Shown here: positions 1 through 13,149 of the stretch, one piece after another
Layout of the letters: each line of letters starts with the position of its first letter
Numbering within the stretch: position 1 is the first letter of the stretch
Assembly: GCF_006345805.1 (NCBI RefSeq)
Contig: NC_043014.1
Span: 27,466,001 to 27,530,000, forward strand
Origin: Octopus sinensis
Lineage: Eukaryota
Direction of reading: 5' to 3'
DNA length: 64,000 nucleotides
Notes under the pieces: generated by a model
What the model saw: only the letters and a program-made list of their open reading frames with translations
What the model was told of the DNA's origin: nothing
The model's database searches: none
Translations under genes and position numbers: made by a program

Positions 1-66
1 AAGACTTTGGTTAGCCAAGGGATATAGTAGAAGACACTTGCCCAAGGTGCCATGCAATGGGACTGC
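1..66 (-). mobile_element. tRNA-derived SINE family A, partial copy
   Basis: Reverse complement of the SINE head seen complete at 50729-51068 (gtccca..gc.tggcaccttgggcaagtgtcttctactata). Confidence 0.75.
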
Positions 67-104
67 ACTCTTTTATTCCCTCAATGGTTTCAATTAGAGT
101 CTGT

Positions 105-500
105 GTCTAAGCTGAGGCACTACCATATGTGTTAATGCTTGATTATTTCAGACATATTTCCAGCTATCTCACTGGAACTATGAAAAAGCGAGTTAGAAAG
201 AACTGCCCAGCTTTCTATTTCTTGCCAGTATATGGGTTTACCTGGAATCTCAGATAAAAATTTGTTTACATTTCCATTGAATACATGCGTTTCTACTAAA
301 AATAGATCTTTGAGGCCTTTAGGCAAAATTTTGAAAAGTTGTGAGCATTTGTACTATTACTGTATTGGTTCCTTACTTTGAATGGAGAGTATAGGATCTT
401 TGGTACTATGCAGTGGGGTTCAGCTCAGTGATTAGTATAGCTTTCAATCAAAAAGTCAGACACTGCCTTCCAGGATCTATCATATGTATGTCTCTTCTAT
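105..500 (-). mobile_element. Decayed CR1-group LINE 3' fragment
   Basis: ORF 132..326 (PKGLKDLF...NKFLSEIPGKP) aligns by eye with the C-terminus of ORFs 33051 and 34313 (PKCLRDLHG...DLFLLEVPDEP). Confidence 0.65.
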
Positions 501-539
501 TTTTTAATTATTATAAATCTTTCACTGAGTAGGAAGCCA

Positions 540-1755
540 GTTTCCAACAAAAATCCAAGGCTCCAACTTTGGGATGTAGTTAAAACAGACAAGTTCACAT
601 TTGGAACTTGAGAAAAGTCTTGCATATTTTTACTGTTCCACTCACAGATTGAACTTGTAATGTATGAATCAGTTTATCCAGATTTTCCTTTAAGCATTTA
701 CTAACAAAGCCTAGTGCTCCAATTATCATTGGTATGAATATGAATTCATAGTCTGGATATAGAAGCTGGAGGTTGCGAAGCAGTTGTCCATAAATATCCT
801 CTTTTTCTTTGATTTTCAAAGAGATATTTATATGTGCAGGGTAGCTAAGCTCTATGATGGTACATACCTTTGTGCCTCTGTCCCAAACAATAATATCCAG
901 CCTGTTATGTTTACATTTGACAGAAGTTTTGATGGGAATATTCTACCAGTATTCTTTGTATTGGTGTTTATGAAAGTATTCCATAACAAAGAGATTTTCT
1001 AAGTTTATTTCAGGACAGTTTTTTTTTTTTGCAGATGACATTTTAGGACATCTGCTAATCACATGTGTAATTAGCATGTGTCAGAAACATGACATAGCCT
1101 ACACATGAAGTTGCACCTTGGGATAACAAGAGTGTCACTGTCTCTCTTGTTTATCAGGTACTTTGTGACAATCTCCTGATCCTGGATTGCAAATGCATAA
1201 CCTTCAAAGTGTGATGTGATGTAGTGCTTGTGTCTAAGAGAGGCTGCGCTTTGTGTCAGTTCTACTATCTTCTTCAAGCTTTCAGGCATCATACCCATGC
1301 ATGGTCTTTTTTTTTTTGTATGCTGAATGCTTTCCATCCAGGTCTTCTCTCAAGTAAGAGAGCCCAGCTGTTTTGAGATTGTACAGGAGATCATTCAGGA
1401 AGAAAATGTTTCTTGAGAAGTTCACTGCCAACTCGTACACTGTTACTCACTTCACTTTTCAGGACTGTATTAATATATTTATTTTTGCTACAATTGTTTA
1501 GCAGGTGTTACCATATGGCATTTGAAGGATGTCTGCACTGATCTCAGGCCTCTACCACCTTCATTTCTTCTTAAGTAGAGCCTGTCAATATGACTGTTCC
1601 TGTAAAAGTCCCCAGTTGTCAGGATTTTGCAGGTTTTGATATCTACAGAGTAGATTTTCTTTACAGTGCAACTAAGTATCCCAAATGTTGGGATCAGCAC
1701 TGGTACTGCAAATGCATTGTGGGATATTGTTTTGTAAGAGGAGAGTTCCAGCTGC
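540..1755 (-). mobile_element. Decayed R4/Dong-type non-LTR retrotransposon (RT C-terminus, zinc knuckle, restriction-like endonuclease)
   Basis: Fragments RLYLRRNEGGRGL, EGYAFAIQDQEI..CRLC and FIPMIIGALG...GTVKICKTFL; frameshifted. Confidence 0.8.
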
Positions 1756-1787
1756 CATATGTATGTATGTATGCATGTATGTATATG

Positions 1788-1829
<42 letters not shown>

Positions 1830-1831
<2 letters not shown>

Positions 1832-2351
1832 ATAAATCCTCAAGTATAGTCCACCCTTGAGTATAATATGCAGGGGATTTTTAGGGGGCTGTACCTCTGA
1901 AAAACCTAAACCTTGTGTATAATACGCACCCCTTCTCTAAGTTGAGTCGTGCGTAATTAAACCACCAGCACCTAGTCAAACAAACACTTCCGTGCATGTG
2001 TAATACAATAATGGTGATGTTCTTAACTGTTATACGGGAATGTAAATATGTTTGCAAATTGTTTTTGTTACATGTTATTCTGTGTTTTGAATACTTTTAT
2101 TTTAATAAATGTTGCTTACTGCAAGTTATGGATGATTCTTTTATGACTTCATTGCTTTCAGGCTTAGATTAAGGTATTTTTGTGCCCAACATCACAAAAT
2201 GCGTCTGAATAAACATTGCTGGACTGCAAATAGAGACTCGGACATTGCTTAGAAAATATTTTTCATTTTTTACCTCGTATATAGTATGCGCTAGGGATTT
2301 TGACCTTTAAATTTTTGGAAAAAAATGAGGATTATACTCAAGGATTTATGG
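1830..2351. mobile_element. MITE, Tc1/mariner-pogo type (TA target)
   Basis: ~23-bp TIRs ccataaatcctcaagtatagtcc / ggattatactcaaggatttatgg, flanked by TA on both sides; non-coding. Confidence 0.8.
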
Positions 2352-2789
2352 TATATATAAATATATGTACGTATGTGTCTATGTGATATGTACTTGTGTA
2401 TGTATGCATGTGTGTATGTGTGAAGATGTGAGAATACCTGGGTTGGTGTCCAGGCATGCATTTGACCCACTGGGAAAGGGAGGCCCCACTGTTGTTACAA
2501 CATCTCTCAAGGAGAGGGAAACTGAGAGAAAACCTGCAACACTAACAATATTCAATGATATAGACGAGTTCTTCTTTTTGAGTTTATGTTGTCCATGTTG
2601 AAAGAGTGGGATTGGATTTGTGCAAATCCTTTCCCCACTATAAAAAATCATCATGACTGGCATCACTTGAAAAAAGAAGTAAAACCTATCACAAAAATGG
2701 TTGGTTGTAGCCTTTGCATGTGTGGACCTTTCGATCAGGTAATAGCAATACTCAGGCACAAGTTTGCAGCCATCATATATATGTATGTG

Positions 2790-4520
2790 TGTATGTATAT
2801 GTCATTGCATATCTTTCGTGTCTTCTCTTCAGGAGAGGACATGAGGTTGTGGATTGCCTCAAGTTCTGCTGTTAGGTTGACATTAGGAGTAGTCCAGGTG
2901 ACTGAGAATGAAAGTTCTCCATACAAACAACAGTTATCCTTTACCGTATTCTAAATCGTCACAACATCCAACTGACCATTTGCCTGCATATTATTACTAC
3001 CTTAGTAAAATGTATACAGAATGATGTATTGTTACTAACGTGTTACGTGAATTACCAGGTCACACACTGACTACAACTTGGGGATTGTAGTACACCTTGG
3101 TCCTGCATATTCTGGTTGCAATCTGTTATTATCAGCATCTTTGACTGCTTGTAATACTTTTATATCATCAGCATGGCTGGTGTGAGTGGCTGACTTAATG
3201 ACTGAGTGCATGTCTAAAAGAGCTATCATGAACAGTAGTGGTCTCATTACAGTTCCCTGAATGACTATGCTTAGAATTGATGTCTCCTCAGAGAGAACAC
3301 TATTGACTGTGACTGTTTGACTCCTATCCTTTTAAATGTTGTGCCACTACACCTTCAGTTTACCAACATACCATGATCATGTAGTTTGTAATATATCATC
3401 CTGTGATCAAGTGAGTCAAAGGCCTTGGCAAAGTCAGGATGCAGCACATCAATATTTGAGTGCTTGAGCTGTTGTTTCAGTGCCCAGTTATAATGCTGTA
3501 GCAGCTGTTGAAGGCAGCTCCTTCCTAGAAGCAATGCTGTATGTTAAAAAGAGTAAGCTATTTTCTTCTAGGAATGTGTTCCTTGATTTTGTTAACAAGT
3601 GAAGTCAGAGAGATAGGTCTGTAATTCTTAGCCTCTGTTCTTTTAATATTTTTGGAAGTTTGCCACATGTGAAGAAACTCTGGAAAAGTATCTGCAGTGG
3701 TTTTCAAGAGCTTTCTTGCATGCCTTTAAAAGAAAAACTAGAAAACCATCAGAGCCTACTTCTGAGTTTATCTCATAAATGGCCAACATTACATCCTCTC
3801 CTTTTATGTAGATGCAATCAATGGTTGTCTCTTCCTTGAGCAGATCTGCAAAGCTGCTTACTTGTATATCTCCCACTGTGTAAGTGGAAACACTTTGAAA
3901 CTGTTTAGTTAATATTTCACTTATCTGCACAAAGTTATTTTCTTCAAACGATGGCCCTATCTTGTAGCACATCAAAGCTGATTCTTTTGCAAATTAGTAG
4001 AAGACCATAGAATTCATTTATATATTTTCAACTGTCTTGATTTCTCTTTCTTCCCTTACTTTTTCATGAAGAAACTGATGTTTCTTTTTTTCAATTTCTA
4101 ATAAAATCTCTTTGAGGTGACACTTATTGTTATTAAATTATTGATTTAAACAATTTGAGACCTTTATTCTTTATTACATAAGGATACTCCTATCTCTTGA
4201 ATTTCACATCAACATCTTGCACAGAGAAACTTTTGAGCCAGTTACGTTTTAGGGTCCCTTTTTGAACCAATTTCCAGTTAGCTGTGTAAAAGTTCTGAAT
4301 AGAGTTTGAGTGTTTCCTGTATGTTATACATCTTAAAATAGTTTTTGACCATGCATTGTTAGTTCTACTAAGTGTGGTATGATAAAATCATTAGTGACAC
4401 TTTCACATTGTGGATAGGTTTCACATAAAGCAGAGGTCTAAAATGTTCCTGGTCTGGAATAGTATTGTTTGTTCCATGGACATCATAATTAACTGATCCT
4501 CCTGTATTTTCTTTTACCCA
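2790..4520 (-). mobile_element. Decayed CR1-group LINE (RT region)
   Basis: ORF 3643..3975 (YKIGP...ISEILTKQFQSV) and ORF 2735..2926 (NLTAELEAI) match the ORF at 34313; many stops. Confidence 0.75.
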
Positions 4521-4632
4521 AAACCAGGAACTTTTCAGCATCTGTTCTTTTCTTTTTCTAATTTTAGAGTAAATTTTGACTAGTCACCTACTTGAAAGTA
4601 AGGTTGAGAAAGAAAGTGTCTTCTTTTAACCA

Positions 4633-4905
4633 TCATCCTTTAAATCTTAAGAAGGTCTTGCAGATTTTTATAGTCCCAGATATAGTGATCATTTGTAGCA
4701 TATGAATTACGGATTTGAATTTTCTCGCCAAGATTCCAAGTTCAGTCTTACTTTGCTCCAGACGGGTTAGTATGTATTCTGTTGCTCCAATAATATTAGG
4801 TATGAAGCTGAAAGTGTATCTTGGATACTGAATTTGCAAGCTCCTTATCAATGGTCCATAGATGTCCTCTTTTTCTTGTAATTTTCTAACCACATTTGTG
4901 TCTAA
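4633..4905 (-). mobile_element. R4/Dong-type retrotransposon, C-terminal endonuclease fragment
   Basis: EKEDIYGPLIRSLQ...FIPNIIGA...GTIKICKTFL, paralogous to ORF 595..819. Confidence 0.75.
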
Positions 4906-5284
4906 ATGAATGTAGGTCTGTTATAAGCATATTATGGCCACATTGTCTAGAAATTCCCTTAGCAGTTACAAGGTCCTGTTTTTGATCCCACTGCATAGCA
5001 TCTTGAACAAATGTTAATTTCTATAACCTCAGCTCACACCACAGCTTGTGAGGGAAACTGGGCGGATGACAACAGCATAGACGTTGGTTGGGCATGCCAT
5101 ACCAGTAATTCAAAAGGTGCACACTTGTCATTCATTGTGTTACAATGTTCTTGCCCATGAATTACTTGAAGGGTAGACAAGTTTGTGGAATACCCAGCCA
5201 CTAACATGATAATTCTTGAGCAGGAAATACAGTCAATCAAACAATTGGCAAACAATGGAGATCCATTGCCAATGCTAGACTTCT

Positions 5285-5409
5285 CAGCCACATGGTCCCC
5301 AATTCAGTCTCACTAACTGGCACCTTGGGCAAGTATCTTCTACCATAGCCTTGGGCTGACCAAAGCCTTGTGAGTGGATTTGGTAGACGTAAACTGAAAG
5401 AAGCCCATC

Positions 5410-5462
<53 letters not shown>

Positions 5463-5680
5463 AGTGTGCGTGTGTATTTGTCTCCATGTCTGTAATTCGT
5501 CATCGCTCGACAACCAGTGTTGGTGTGTTTATGTCCCCGTAACTTAGCGATTCGGCAAAAGACTCCGATAGAATAAGTACCAGGCTTTAAAAATAAGTCC
5601 TGATGTCGATTTGTTCAACGAAACCCCTTCAAAGCGGTGCTCCACAAAATGACTGAAACAACTAAAAAACAAGATAAAAG
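5285..5680 (+). mobile_element. SINE family A copy with internal (TA)n/(TG)n
   Basis: Same head, body and tail (gcggtgc...tgactgaaaca) as 50729-51068. Confidence 0.8.
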
Positions 5681-8289
5681 ATATATATATATACACACAC
5701 ACAAACATGTGTATACGCGCATATGTATATATATATATATTGTTTGTAAAAAAACGTAAATCCGAAAGAAGCACACTTTAAGATGTAAAGCAATATATAT
5801 ATCAAAGATATAATCCTATAAACCGGCCTTCCCCATTTATGTGTGTGTGTGCATGCACGCCTGTGTTTACATTTCAATTTTTTGTGTGCTTTAGTGTACT
5901 AGATTTCATTGGATTGAATTTTCTCAGGACGAAAATGTCGGGTTAAATTAAGTTAACAACAGTCGGCTCGACTCGTCAAAACTATTAATAACAGCCAACA
6001 GTTTTTCAAATCATGAAATAGTATATATTTGTTTTTAGTGTTCATGCGATAATTCAAAAGATCTGTTCAATAAAAGCTGACTTGAGGTTTAAGAATCACT
6101 TTAATGCCTTGTTAGTATCTTCCTTCTATGAGATTTTCGAAACGACTACACTCCGATTCTTTCTAAAGACAAGCATACAAATGACACATAGCTAGCTAAT
6201 TGAAGTGATAGATAGAATGTCGGCTCTCTGCTCCTACTTAATATTTACAACTCTAACCAATCTTGTTGAAATAAACACCTGTTCCTAGTCTTTTTTAATA
6301 ACTGAATGTATACGTGCGCACGCGCGCATGTTGTAAAGGTGCGTAGCGGTTTGTTTGGTTCGACAAGCGCATTGTATCCTGTACAAGACACTTCATTTCA
6401 CATTACTTAAATTCACTCAGCTGAAGAACAGCGAGAGTTGGGGTGATTGACATTGCCACAGACTGGTGTCTCGTTCAGAGAGGTGTCATGTATTCATAGT
6501 TGCTTAATCATCACGGAACCAGTATAATAAGCTCCGGTTTATACTGTAGGCTCACAACAGACTTTAACCGTACACACACACACAAATTTGAAGCCTGTTC
6601 AGTTATTCTTATCGTTTCATGATTCAGTAATATACTGGCCGAACTATTCTTCTTGGAGTAATCCTGTCTTCTTACATATTGGGCTTGAGCCTCAGATAAA
6701 ATACAGCGAAAGCCTCTTACTTTGATCACTTTGGGACGAAGCCTTTTCGATAACAATAACCAGCTTATAACAATATCCGTGATTTTAATAAGCGGTTTTC
6801 ATTATACACACACATATAGAAATAAATAGACAGATATATGATATAGATGTGTGTATGGCACATATTTTTTCTTTTACAGGCATTCAAATTTTAGAATGTT
6901 ACTTATATATTCAACACCCAACCTTTGATTTAAAAAATACGTAATAAATAAGGTGCACGTTAAAGAGTAATTCATTCCTATAACGCATTCTAGTGGTCAA
7001 TTATAATGCAAGAATATTCTACCATAAGATATCAAACAAAAAGCACTTCTTTTTACTTGGACTGTAAATATTGGGGGGAAAAATTCATTTACATTCTTAT
7101 TTGTGTTGGCATGTCTGAGTGTGGATATGCGTAAGTGTTTAAAGTTCGTGGATGTATGTGTATTTTTGTTGTTTTTAGTCCTTGGTCAGCTCTGATCGAA
7201 CAGACATAATTTAAGGCATTCCAGCCATGGTCTTTTTATAGCAATGTAAGACTACATTATCTGGCGTGTTCTAGTGATTTGAAAGAAATTTGGCTACTAT
7301 TTCTAACAGGTCGAGCGACCGCGTAGACTCACCCATGGTTGTTGTTTGTGTTTGAAATTGAAGCGAAGTAAAACTAAGCTCACCAAGCTACTAACTTGAT
7401 TTCGTCACTGCACACCCGGCATACACTGTAATAAGTGGAAGAGAGGGTTTAAAATATAAACATAAAATAAAATTTATATCCATTTTAACGCACACACAAT
7501 CACAAAACATGAAGTTAACTTCGGCTCGTACAATCATACATATACGCATACCCCCCCCCCCCATGTACACAAACTAAAATGCTCGAATTCATTTTCCTTT
7601 TGATAGACTATTTACATTGGTCTAATATTTCTACCTCACCTCATCCCCTATTTTAAATACTTTGTTAACCTCACCTCTCTATCACTTTTGTTACCAAAGC
7701 ATCAATATGTCTGTTTTATGTTATTCATTCACTTTCTCATTTCCCAACCTTCTGCCTGATAATCTTTCTTTCGCACGCTTGCTCATTCTCTCAATCTCTT
7801 TGTGTGTTTGTGTCTCTCTCTCTCACACATTCTCCTAAGTTTTATTTTGGGTTATTTCGATTAAAATTAATTCATTTACTTAATTCTACCTGTAAACTAC
7901 TGGTCTAGTAAGGCTAGTAATGAAAACTGCTTTGTTATATATGTACTTTTTTTTTCTATTTTCAACAATCGCATACTTTTTCTCTTATCAACCGTCTCTG
8001 GTATGTCTATCATTCTCGCTGTCTTCTCATTTTCTCTCTCTCTCTCTCTCTCTCATGAATTCTTGAAAGACAAACACTCATTCCTTCATTCAAACTACTT
8101 TCTTTTCTATGTTTCTGATTTTCTTCGTTTCAATTTTTCTTATCCTCCCTTATTCTCTCTGTTCCTTTAATCCCTCTTACTTTCATTCCACCTCCGTTAC
8201 TACTTATAGTCTTCCACTTTCCTCCAGTTACCTCTCCCATCACATATCTCTCTTTCTATCTCACTCTCACTCTCTTTTACCAACCTGAA

Positions 8290-8376
8290 ATTTTTTCCGC
8301 CTCCCTTCCTCCACTGTTCGTCCTGCCAACCAACCGATCGACCAGCCGCCCAGCCATCAATAATTTCTTCACCGAA
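8290..8376 (+). promoter_or_regulatory. Possible promoter or non-coding first exon
   Basis: Unique CpG-containing GC patch (ccgcctccc, ccgccc) after a pyrimidine tract, ending at a donor-like GAA|GTAAGA (GT 8377-8378). Inference only. Confidence 0.25.
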
Positions 8377-8599
8377 GTAAGAACCTTATATTATTTTTTG
8401 TTCTTCATCAATACAACATGTTTTATAACGTTTATATGTATGCATGAGTGTATGCTTGTATGTACCTTTATGTCAATGGTCAATGTATGTACTGAATTAA
8501 GTGTAAACTACAGAGCCCATAAACTACAAGAACTATAAACCGATATAAATTTCACATGTAAACTATATATGTATATATATATATATGTATGTATGTATG

Positions 8600-8654
<55 letters not shown>

Positions 8655-9684
8655 ATGTATAAAACTGGTGAGTTTGTTTTGAAGGCGCTTATAGGTTGCA
8701 TGTCTAATTTACCTTCTGTCAACATATAAAAGCTTGTATTTGTATATGCACACTTACGCACATACAAACACACATACATACATTTAGTTGTGTATATATT
8801 TATATAACACTAATTGACATGTATGTTTATTTACTTGTCTTCCATACATGTTCAAAATATTACGAGCGACACTTCATCTATGTTTGTATTTATGATATTA
8901 CTTGCATATATGTATGCGTGCGTGTCTGTGTATGTATATATGTGTTTGGGCTTAGTATGGGAAAAGTATGCAATACAGAAGTTGTATAAACATTTATTAT
9001 AAAGCTAACAATGCCGTGTATGTATACATATATATGTGTGTGTACATAGTCTTCAATAAACACACACACACATGCTTATAGTTTAAGAATCCATGTCATA
9101 CAAAACAGGCACTCGTATATTTGTCAACAGAGTGGGTATATTAATCGTTTTAGTATACGATATTATAGAGCCATTTCATGCACGATAGAAAAGCACTCGG
9201 TACATGTAGTGAGTGTATAGTTACTTATTGAACATAAATATATGTGCATGTTTGTTTACAATTGTATATACTTTACCGAAGTGGACTACACACTCACACA
9301 CAAATATATAGCTTCTTCTATTAGGAAATGTACCAAACTAGAACAAAATCACTATCAGTTAAAGCATCGTGTTAATAATATTAACAACTTTATCAACAAT
9401 TAGAACAACGATATTAACGTTATAGCAACAACAACAATTACATAAGCGTTAATTGCGTCAACGACAATGTAACATTGTTGAATCCATTTATAGTGAAAGA
9501 TAAATGAACACTACAACAATCAAACACAAATTGCAAATTACAGTATTTTCAACTACAACACGACACAACCCCATACCACCACCATTAATACTAACAGGAC
9601 TAATTGATAACAGAAACAACATTAATCTATAAAACATTACGATCACCATTAACAAAAACAACACACTATATCATCATGAAACCC

Positions 9685-10365
9685 CAGAGCGGTTGCTCTT
9701 TCTGTTACAAATAACAGTCAAATCTCCCTGAAATATACCATATCATTCTTTTAAAAAATAAAAGAACAAATAGGTTGAACAATTTAGTTCAGGATATTCC
9801 TAAAAACGGGATGCATACGGCTGATATACTCTTGCTTACAGGTCTTCCCGGGCAGGGCTGACTTGAGACTAATCAACATCAGACTTACTATCATCCTCAT
9901 CATCATCAATATTAACAAGGAATCAACGAGGAAGCATCTATGCAGTCGTTCGAATTGCTAGAAATAGCAGCCAAATTTCCTGTAATCACTAGCTGTAAAT
10001 AGAAAGAAAACATTGGACAATGTAGTCTCTAACATATAAATGGTCACATTTAGAACAACTTTGATCATAGATCTGCTTAACCTGGGCTGACATTGTGTTA
10101 AATAACAAGAATAACTCAGTAACTATATACTATTAGAAGCAGAAATAGTAACAATAAACTGCAAATGCCAACGAGGGGACATTTATATGGTCACTCGACC
10201 TGCTAGTAAAAACTACCAAAAGACACTCAGATCATGCCCTACCAACTGTCTTGGGAAAATAAGGGACGTCAGTTAACGTAGTCATCAATATCCCTAAAAA
10301 AATGAGCGGGTCATGGTTGGAATGCCTTTGATTATAGGTCTGCTCTATCAGAATTGACTCAGTAG
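9685..10365 (+). repeat. Three tandem copies of a ~190-bp dispersed repeat (SINE-like family C)
   Basis: Shared blocks gctagaaatagcagccaaat, gtagtc, tttgatcatag, gggctgac; related copies near 7170-7335(-), 41795-41960(-), 45855-46060, 58370-58615 and 61570-61720(-). Confidence 0.6.
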
Positions 10366-10384
10366 ATAAGATCAGAGCAGTGAT

Positions 10385-12030
10385 TACTAAACTGAGAACC
10401 CTCATGGCTCGTGGTGTGGATGGTCTTCCCAGGAATTGACTTCTTGAGAAGCTGACTGACCTGTTTACTTAGTGCTGGGAGAGAGGAGAAATTTCAAGTG
10501 ACCTGTGCAACACTATAAGAGTGTCTCTGTATAAATATAAAGTAGAAGTCAAAGAACTCCAACTACAGAGGCATCACATTGCTTTCAACCACAGGCAAGA
10601 TATTGGTGCGATTCTTCTAGAAAGTCTCATTTCCACCATTGTTGCTAAACTCCTTCCTGAGAGTCAGTGTGGTTTTCATGCCAAATTGAGACAATACAAA
10701 TATGACCTTTGTCCTCTGCCAGATACATGAAAAATGTGTGGAACAAAACATGGGCCTTTATGTTGCTTTCATCATCCTTACGATAGTGTCACAGTCAATA
10801 GGGATGGTTTGTTGAGAATTTTGAAGCAGCTTGGTTGTCCACCCTCTGGCAGCTACATGAGGACCAGTCCTTTCCCACTGAGAACAGCATGAAACAGGGT
10901 GTGTTCTGGTCCCAACACTCTTTACAATGATCTTCAGCATGATGCTGTAAGAGGCCAAGGAGGACTTGCATGAGGGCAGCTACATCTGTAACTACATTGA
11001 TGGGGACATATTCAACCTTCATTGACTCCTTGCTCACATGAAAACTCTGGACAAGCTCACCCTTGATCTGCTGTTTGCAGATGACTGTGACCTTCAAGTA
11101 CACATAGAGATGGCCCTCTAGATAGTCATCTAGTTTTACTAAGGCAGCCAGGGACTTAGGCCTCACAACCAGTCTGAGGAAAACAAGTACTATTCCAGAA
11201 ACTGCAATATGCTCCATACTGACCATCACAAATCAGCATCAAAGAACACCTGCTTAAAGCAGTTGAACCCTTCATCTACCTGGGAGTGACATTTCTAATG
11301 ACAGCTGTGAAAAGGACATTCACACCTGCATTGCCAAAGTCTACACTTCCTTTGGATATCTGCAAAAGTGTGTAAGGCAAAACCGTGCACTGTATTTGTC
11401 CACCATGATCAAAATATACAAGGCAATTGTCATCACTACTCTCTTTTAAGGGTCAGAAGCTTGGGTGCTATACAAGAAGCAAGTCAAGTTGGTGGAATGC
11501 TTCCATCAGAAATACATTTGCTCCATCGTGAATATGTCATGGAAGGATCACATTACCAACAACAAAGTCCTCCAGTAGGCCAACATCATGAGCATTGAAA
11601 CCATGCTGCTGTTCAGACAGGCAGGTCACATTCCACTCATGAACAAATCCAGAATACCAAAGGCTGTATTATTACAATGAGCTCAGCCAGGATAAAATAG
11701 ACAGAGGAAATCCCCTAGTTGTGTTTCATAGTCCAGTTGAAATGCCAGCTCACCCAGACAGGAATACACCCCCACAGGGTTGGAGGAAGTTTTAGCACAG
11801 AGGGGTGTAGCAAGATTGCATCCAGACTGCTGCAAGCAATTTTAAGAATGTTATAGCAACTTGCAGCTGATAAGAAACACTAAAGAAGGAAAGAGTCGTC
11901 ATTATGATCCCCCATCTGACCAAAGCCTACATATGTGCCCCAGGGCCTGTCATTCATGGATAGATTAATGAAGCCACTTAAAGGCTTGCAGCTCTTCCTC
12001 GTGGTCTTTGGACATGAAAAACTGCCTTCA
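10385..12030 (+). mobile_element. Decayed RTE-clade (BovB-like) LINE
   Basis: Remnant motifs LLPESQCGF, KQG.VL.PTLF and LFADDC; multiple frameshifts. Confidence 0.8.
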
Positions 12031-12034
12031 TGCC

Positions 12035-12071
<37 letters not shown>

Positions 12072-12089
12072 TGTTATATTTGTTGATGG

Positions 12090-13134
12090 TCATATTTTTG
12101 GCCAATTAACCACATGCACTATATACTTGGTCTTCACTTCAGATTTATTATTATTATTATTATTTTGGTGTCCTTTGTCTGAAATCTTTTATCACACACC
12201 CTGTAACCTCTGGCAGTAAACTAGCATACTTTTTAGGAAAACCTTTGATAAGATGAATCTATGGATTACAGTTGTGGAAAGGCCAGATCCCTGATCTGTA
12301 GAACATATCCATTTGAAAGGCCCCTGTGTGCAGATAACTATATAGTATTTAGGACAAACCCATTGGTAAACTATAAGATTAGGAATGTAGTCTGTTGTGC
12401 TGAAACAGGACAACATACATTGATGAGACAGCACATAGCATAGGTGAGCGGGTAGAAGAACACTAGTGGTAGAACAAGGAGGAGAAAAGCTCATCAGTGT
12501 TCTATCAACATGCTCAATTAGAACATGGAGGCTCAGTTAATAACATAGTTGTTAAGATATTGTCAACACTTGGAACAGACATGACACTTAGATTATAGAG
12601 ACCACACACATAGTAATAGACAGTCCGAGCCGCAACAGAAAACATGAATGGAATAATAACACCTCTCCACCACATTATGCAACCCAACAACTAAGGACTG
12701 AATGAGTGAAAGAAAAAAAATAGTTACAAACAGTATAATGCATAAACTCATACACACACACACAAGACCTATATACACATACTAAAGACGGAATGAGAAA
12801 ATATATAAAAGACACTCGTGTCTTTTATTTATTTTTGTAGTATGTAAACTATGTAGTAAATAAACTCATATACACACATAAAATACACATACTAAACACA
12901 GAGGCATGCACATACACGAATACAGACACAAATGCATGCACAGATAAGGATACACACCTTAGAAAGACAGAATGGACTAAGCAGAACAGGAGAAGACATG
13001 TGGGATGGAGGGTCACTAAAGAGGTCTCAGGATGTATAACAAAAGATTTCAAAGGACACTAAAATAATAATGATAATAAAGCTCAAATGAAGAGCAACAA
13101 TGTAGTGCATGTGGTTAATTGGCAAAAAATATGA
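12090..13134. mobile_element. Foldback element with ~120-bp imperfect terminal inverted repeats
   Basis: 12090-12210 is the reverse complement of 13021-13134 (catatttt..gccaattaaccacatgcacta...gaaatctttt); flanked by (TA)n. Confidence 0.7.
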
Positions 13135-13149
13135 TGATATATATATATA

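Noticed and set aside
6511-6756. 81-aa ORF in unique sequence
   Set aside because: No recognisable domain or splice support; runs through a (CA)n repeat.
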